Below, piece after piece: positions 60,466-64,000 of a DNA stretch of 64,000 nt (position 1 is its first letter; each line of letters begins with the position of its first letter). The position numbers and the translations under genes were made by a program. Source of the stretch: an uncultured Planctomycetia bacterium (lineage in GTDB: Bacteria > Omnitrophota > Gorgyraeia > VGKH01 > JBHPFN01); NCBI GenBank assembly GCA_964406665.1, contig CAYOSQ010000003.1:186558-250557 (forward strand), given 5' to 3'. The notes under the pieces were generated by a model. That model was not told the origin of the DNA. It searched no databases and saw only the letters and a list, made by a program, of their open reading frames with translations.

Positions 60466-60942
60466 ATGCAAAGAGAAAAAGAATATTTTATGCAGGAGGC
60501 ACTTAAAGAAGCAGTTGTAGCATTTGAAAATGATGAAGTTCCCGTTGGAGCAGTTGTTGAATTCAAAGGAAAAATTATCGCAAAAGCACATAATCAAGTT
60601 GAGCTTCTAAAAGACCCCACCGCACATGCAGAAATGATAGCTATTACTCAAGCTGCTAATTTTTTAAAATGCAAATGGTTGAACGACTGTTCGGTCTATG
60701 TTACAATTGAGCCTTGTAGCATGTGTGCCGGGGCGTTAATTTTAGCCAGGATTAAAAATTTGTATTATGGTGGAAATGATCCGAAAGCCGGGGCATGTGG
60801 ATCAGTGACTTCTGTTGCAAATGAAAAGCAGTTAAACCATCATATTAATATTGAAAAAGGTATTTTATCAGCAGAGAGTGGTTTGTTACTTAAGGAATTT
60901 TTCAAGAAAAAACGTAAACTACAATCGGTAAAGAATAATTAA
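60466..60942 (+). CDS. tadA: tRNA adenosine(34) deaminase
   Basis: EVPVGAV, DPTAHAE, TIEPCSMCAGA and DPKAGA motifs; start corrected to the ATG after AGGAG. Confidence 0.96.
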   Translation: MQREKEYFMQEALKEAVVAFENDEVPVGAVVEFKGKIIAKAHNQVELLKDPTAHAEMIAITQAANFLKCKWLNDCSVYVTIEPCSMCAGALILARIKNLYYGGNDPKAGACGSVTSVANEKQLNHHINIEKGILSAESGLLLKEFFKKKRKLQSVKNN

Positions 60943-60972
60943 GTTGTTTCTTTGAAAATATTAAAGTTTATC

Positions 60973-61061
60973 GGAGAGGTGGCTGAGCGGTTGAAAGCAG
61001 TTGCCTGCTAAGCAATTGGGCTGCGCAAGCGGCCCCTCGGGTTCGAATCCCGACCTCTCCG
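60973..61061 (+). tRNA. tRNA-Ser (GCT)
   Basis: gttgc-ctGCTaa-gcaat; long variable arm; GGTTCGAATCC. Confidence 0.95.
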
Positions 61062-61108
61062 CATATTTGAAAAAAATTATAACCAATAAAAGAAAGGGGA
61101 AACAAAAT

Positions 61109-61741
61109 ATGAAGAAGTTAATTGGCTTTGCAGTAATCATTTCGATATTCTTTTTTACCCCCAGCAGTGTTTTTTGTCAGTGGCAAGAACCAGGATTTAA
61201 CTTCCAGCAATATACAAGATTTGATACTAACGATGAAGAAGATAACTTATTGCGAAATCGCTTAGAGGCTAATCTTATCTATTCTTTAAAAGAAAACTTT
61301 AATTTTGTTGTAAGCCCATTTATAGAGTTGGATCACAATTTTGACCGTAACGAATTTGAAAGAATGGAGTTCGGCGCTGAATTCGGCTCGAACTTTGCAG
61401 AGCATTTTTATCTTGGATTAGGCTTTCAATATGCAATGCTTTCATACAATTGGCCGGCATATTCATGGTATCCTGAGACGGATGATACTTCAGAGATGGA
61501 ACCGCGTTTTTTATTCCAATATCCTCTTATAACAATTGATGAAAAAGAATTAACCGGTTTTATTCTTGATGAATATACTTATGATTTTCGGTTTGGAAAA
61601 GGCGTGAGAAACGAAGTTTGTATCGGTTTAAAATATCCCATATGGGAAAATTTAACTGGTAGTCTTGGTTGGAGACATGTCGATAGAATTCATGACTATG
61701 ACTCTGATACTATTGAAATAGGAGGAATTTTTAATTTCTAA
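61109..61741 (+). CDS. Outer-membrane beta-barrel protein (DUF2490-like)
   Basis: Signal peptide, amphipathic strands and a C-terminal Phe; start corrected because the ORF-track start is inside the tRNA. Confidence 0.7.
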   Translation: MKKLIGFAVIISIFFFTPSSVFCQWQEPGFNFQQYTRFDTNDEEDNLLRNRLEANLIYSLKENFNFVVSPFIELDHNFDRNEFERMEFGAEFGSNFAEHFYLGLGFQYAMLSYNWPAYSWYPETDDTSEMEPRFLFQYPLITIDEKELTGFILDEYTYDFRFGKGVRNEVCIGLKYPIWENLTGSLGWRHVDRIHDYDSDTIEIGGIFNF

Positions 61742-61743
61742 AA

Positions 61744-63420
61744 ATGTCTTATTTAGTATTAGCCAGAAAATGGCGGCCAAATAACTTTGATGAGGTTATA
61801 GGTCAAATAAGTACTACAACAACATTAAAGAATGCAGTAAAGCAAGGAAAGTTGGCTCAGGCATATCTTTTTGCCGGTCCCCGTGGCATAGGAAAGACAT
61901 CTTGTGCAAGAATCCTAGCAAAATCTTTAAATTGTAAAAAAGGTCCTGCGCCATCTCCTTGTAATTCTTGTCCGTCTTGCGAGGATATATCCAAGGGAAG
62001 AAGTTTTGATGTAATAGAGATAGACGGTGCATCCAATAGAGGTATTGATGAAATAAGGTCTTTGAGAGAGAATGTTAAGTTTTCCCCGAGTAGCGGAAAA
62101 TTCAAAATTTATATAATTGACGAAGTTCATATGTTAACTACTGAGGCATTCAATGCTCTGCTTAAAACGTTGGAAGAGCCACCTGAGCATGTAAAATTTA
62201 TTTTTGCTACGACCCAGCCAGATAAACTTCCCTCGACAATAGTTTCCCGTTGTCAGCGGTTTGATTTTAGGCCTATTTCAGTAATAGATATTATCAAAAA
62301 ATTAGAGATTATTGTTAAGCATGATAAATTTAAGGTTGATAAAGAAGCATTATTTGCTATTGCCCGTGCAGCATCTGGTAGTATGCGGGATGCCGAATCT
62401 ATACTTGATCAGTTAGGCGCATATTCTCAAAATAAGATTGCAGTTAGCGATGTATCCGATATGCTTGGTTTGGTTATGCAGAATTCGTTATTTGAAATAG
62501 CCGAATCTATTGCTAAAAAAGATGCAAAAAACGCCATAGAGCTCGCTGATAAGATTATTGGACAAGGAAAAGACCCATATCAGTTCATAATTAGCCTTAT
62601 GGAGCATTTTCGTAATCTGATGATTGCTAAAGTTGGTGGAACTGTATTGGGAAATATGTTAGATTTACCGTCGGAAATGCAAGAGAGAATAATCAATCAA
62701 AGCAATGCTTTTACTTTAAATGAAATCTTAAATACAATTGATAAATTAATTGAAGCAAAAGATTTATCTAGGAGGATTGATTTTTTACGTCTGCCGCTTG
62801 AATTGACGTTGGCAAAATTGACTTTAAGCGAGGAGGAATCATCTCTGGAATCTCAAAAACCTTCTGAAACTTTGAGACTGCCGGTAAAGAATAATTTTAA
62901 TGAACAAGTTGAAAAAAATCCCGTTAGTAAACCAGCTGTTCAGAATCCTATAAAGGCAAAGACTAGTCTTAATTCAACAAAAGGAAGCGTGGGTTTTGAT
63001 GCCCAAGAGCCTACAGAGGAAAAGCCAGCTGAAGAAATTAAGGGTGAAGAAAAAATAGAACCACAGCAGGTTGATCTTGAACAAATCAAGCATTCTTGGC
63101 ATAGATTAATTAAACAACTTAGCACCATAAAGATGTCTGTATCAATGTTTCTTCAGGAGGGTGAGTTAACAAAGATTGATAAAAATATTTTAACTATAAC
63201 ATTTCCTCAGAGTGCCAAATTTCATAAGGAGTCTTTAGAGGAAATGGCAACTCGTTCTATGATCGAGGAACATATCAGAGATATTTTTGATCAGGATATA
63301 AGGTTAGATTTCGAACTTGCTGATAAAAAACCAGAAGAAGAATCTGTGGAAGATAACACCATGGTTAAGTCTGCGTTAGATACTTTTCGCGGAAGAATGA
63401 TTGGAAAATTTTATAAATAA
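61744..63420 (+). CDS. dnaX: DNA polymerase III subunit gamma/tau
   Basis: LARKWRP, GPRGIGKT, EIDGASN, IIDEVHML, FNALLKTLEEPP and SRCQ motifs. Confidence 0.98.
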   Translation: MSYLVLARKWRPNNFDEVIGQISTTTTLKNAVKQGKLAQAYLFAGPRGIGKTSCARILAKSLNCKKGPAPSPCNSCPSCEDISKGRSFDVIEIDGASNRGIDEIRSLRENVKFSPSSGKFKIYIIDEVHMLTTEAFNALLKTLEEPPEHVKFIFATTQPDKLPSTIVSRCQRFDFRPISVIDIIKKLEIIVKHDKFKVDKEALFAIARAASGSMRDAESILDQLGAYSQNKIAVSDVSDMLGLVMQNSLFEIAESIAKKDAKNAIELADKIIGQGKDPYQFIISLMEHFRNLMIAKVGGTVLGNMLDLPSEMQERIINQSNAFTLNEILNTIDKLIEAKDLSRRIDFLRLPLELTLAKLTLSEEESSLESQKPSETLRLPVKNNFNEQVEKNPVSKPAVQNPIKAKTSLNSTKGSVGFDAQEPTEEKPAEEIKGEEKIEPQQVDLEQIKHSWHRLIKQLSTIKMSVSMFLQEGELTKIDKNILTITFPQSAKFHKESLEEMATRSMIEEHIRDIFDQDIRLDFELADKKPEEESVEDNTMVKSALDTFRGRMIGKFYK

Positions 63421-63436
63421 TTCTTAAGGAGGAAAA

Positions 63437-64000
63437 GTGAGAAATTATACAAATTCATTGGAGAGCTTAATCCGCAAGCTCACCAAACTCCCGGGGATAG
63501 GTAGAAGGAGTGCGGAGAGAATAGTGAATTATGTTTTAAGCGCACCGGGGCAGGAAGTAAAATCATTGACTGATGCAATTATTTTAGCAAAGCATAAAGT
63601 AAAACTTTGCCAAGTTTGCAGTAATTTAACTGAAGATGATGTTTGTTCAGTCTGCCAAGATCCTCAAAGAAAAAAGGATATGGTTTGTGTGGTAGAAGAG
63701 CCCAAAGACGTAATTTCTATAGAAAAGACAGGAACATTTGATGGCTGCTATCATGTGCTCATGGGTTCCATTGCTCCTTTGGAGGGAAAAGGTCCTGAAG
63801 ATTTGAGAATTAAAGAACTATTGACAAGAATAGAGGAACAAGGTATAAAAGAAATCATTATTGCCACTGATTCTGATACAGAAGGCGAAGCAACAGCTCT
63901 TTATTTAACTAAGATGATTAGGCCTTTAGGGATTAAGGTAATGAGGATCGGTTTAGGTATTCCTGTTGGAAGCAACTTGGATTATATCGACACTACAACG
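63437..64000 (+). CDS. recR: Recombination mediator RecR (3' end outside the window; missing from the ORF track)
   Basis: GTG after AGGAGG; translates MRNYTNSLESLIRKLTKLPGIGRRSAERI ... C..CSN...C..C.D..R ... CVVE ... EGEATA.Y. Confidence 0.95.
   Translation, partial: MRNYTNSLESLIRKLTKLPGIGRRSAERIVNYVLSAPGQEVKSLTDAIILAKHKVKLCQVCSNLTEDDVCSVCQDPQRKKDMVCVVEEPKDVISIEKTGTFDGCYHVLMGSIAPLEGKGPEDLRIKELLTRIEEQGIKEIIIATDSDTEGEATALYLTKMIRPLGIKVMRIGLGIPVGSNLDYIDTTT

Noticed and set aside
60943-61743. SRP RNA (ffs), often found between tadA and dnaX
   Set aside because: No SRP domain IV motif is visible; the interval holds tRNA-Ser and a beta-barrel gene.
62905-62925. dnaX programmed frameshift site
   Set aside because: There is an A7 run but no AAAAAAG heptamer with a stimulatory hairpin, and A runs are common in this AT-rich DNA.

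Overview
An AT-rich bacterial chromosome segment in which every credible gene lies on the + strand. Gene content and style suggest Candidatus Omnitrophota or a related PVC lineage, but this is inference only. Housekeeping blocks are an FMN-riboswitch-led riboflavin operon, a fab-like trio, ligA/xerD/CCA-type enzyme/rbfA/truB/ribF, a dcw cluster from mraZ to ftsA with no ftsZ, archease-rtcB, serS, tadA, dnaX, recR and eight tRNAs. An accessory region (about 41.8-53.4 kb) holds a complete retron: a promoter, a 17-bp a1/a2 inverted repeat, a candidate branching G, msr and msd hairpins, and an RT with NAxxH/YADD/VTG motifs. The RT carries an unusual ~210-aa N-terminal HEAT-like extension and has no separate effector gene. 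It lies next to a UDG-superfamily fusion, a DUF2779-like nuclease and RmuC. Other oddities are an EF-G fused behind a membrane anchor, coiled coil and acidic linker; a c-di-GMP-I riboswitch upstream of a secreted nitrilase-fold protein ending in a GGGG|C Hint self-cleaving domain; a catalytically dead ketosynthase; tandem acceptor-stem-mimic repeats before tRNA-Arg(ACG); and putative NrdR boxes before the dcw operon. All calls come from reading motifs by eye; no searches were run.
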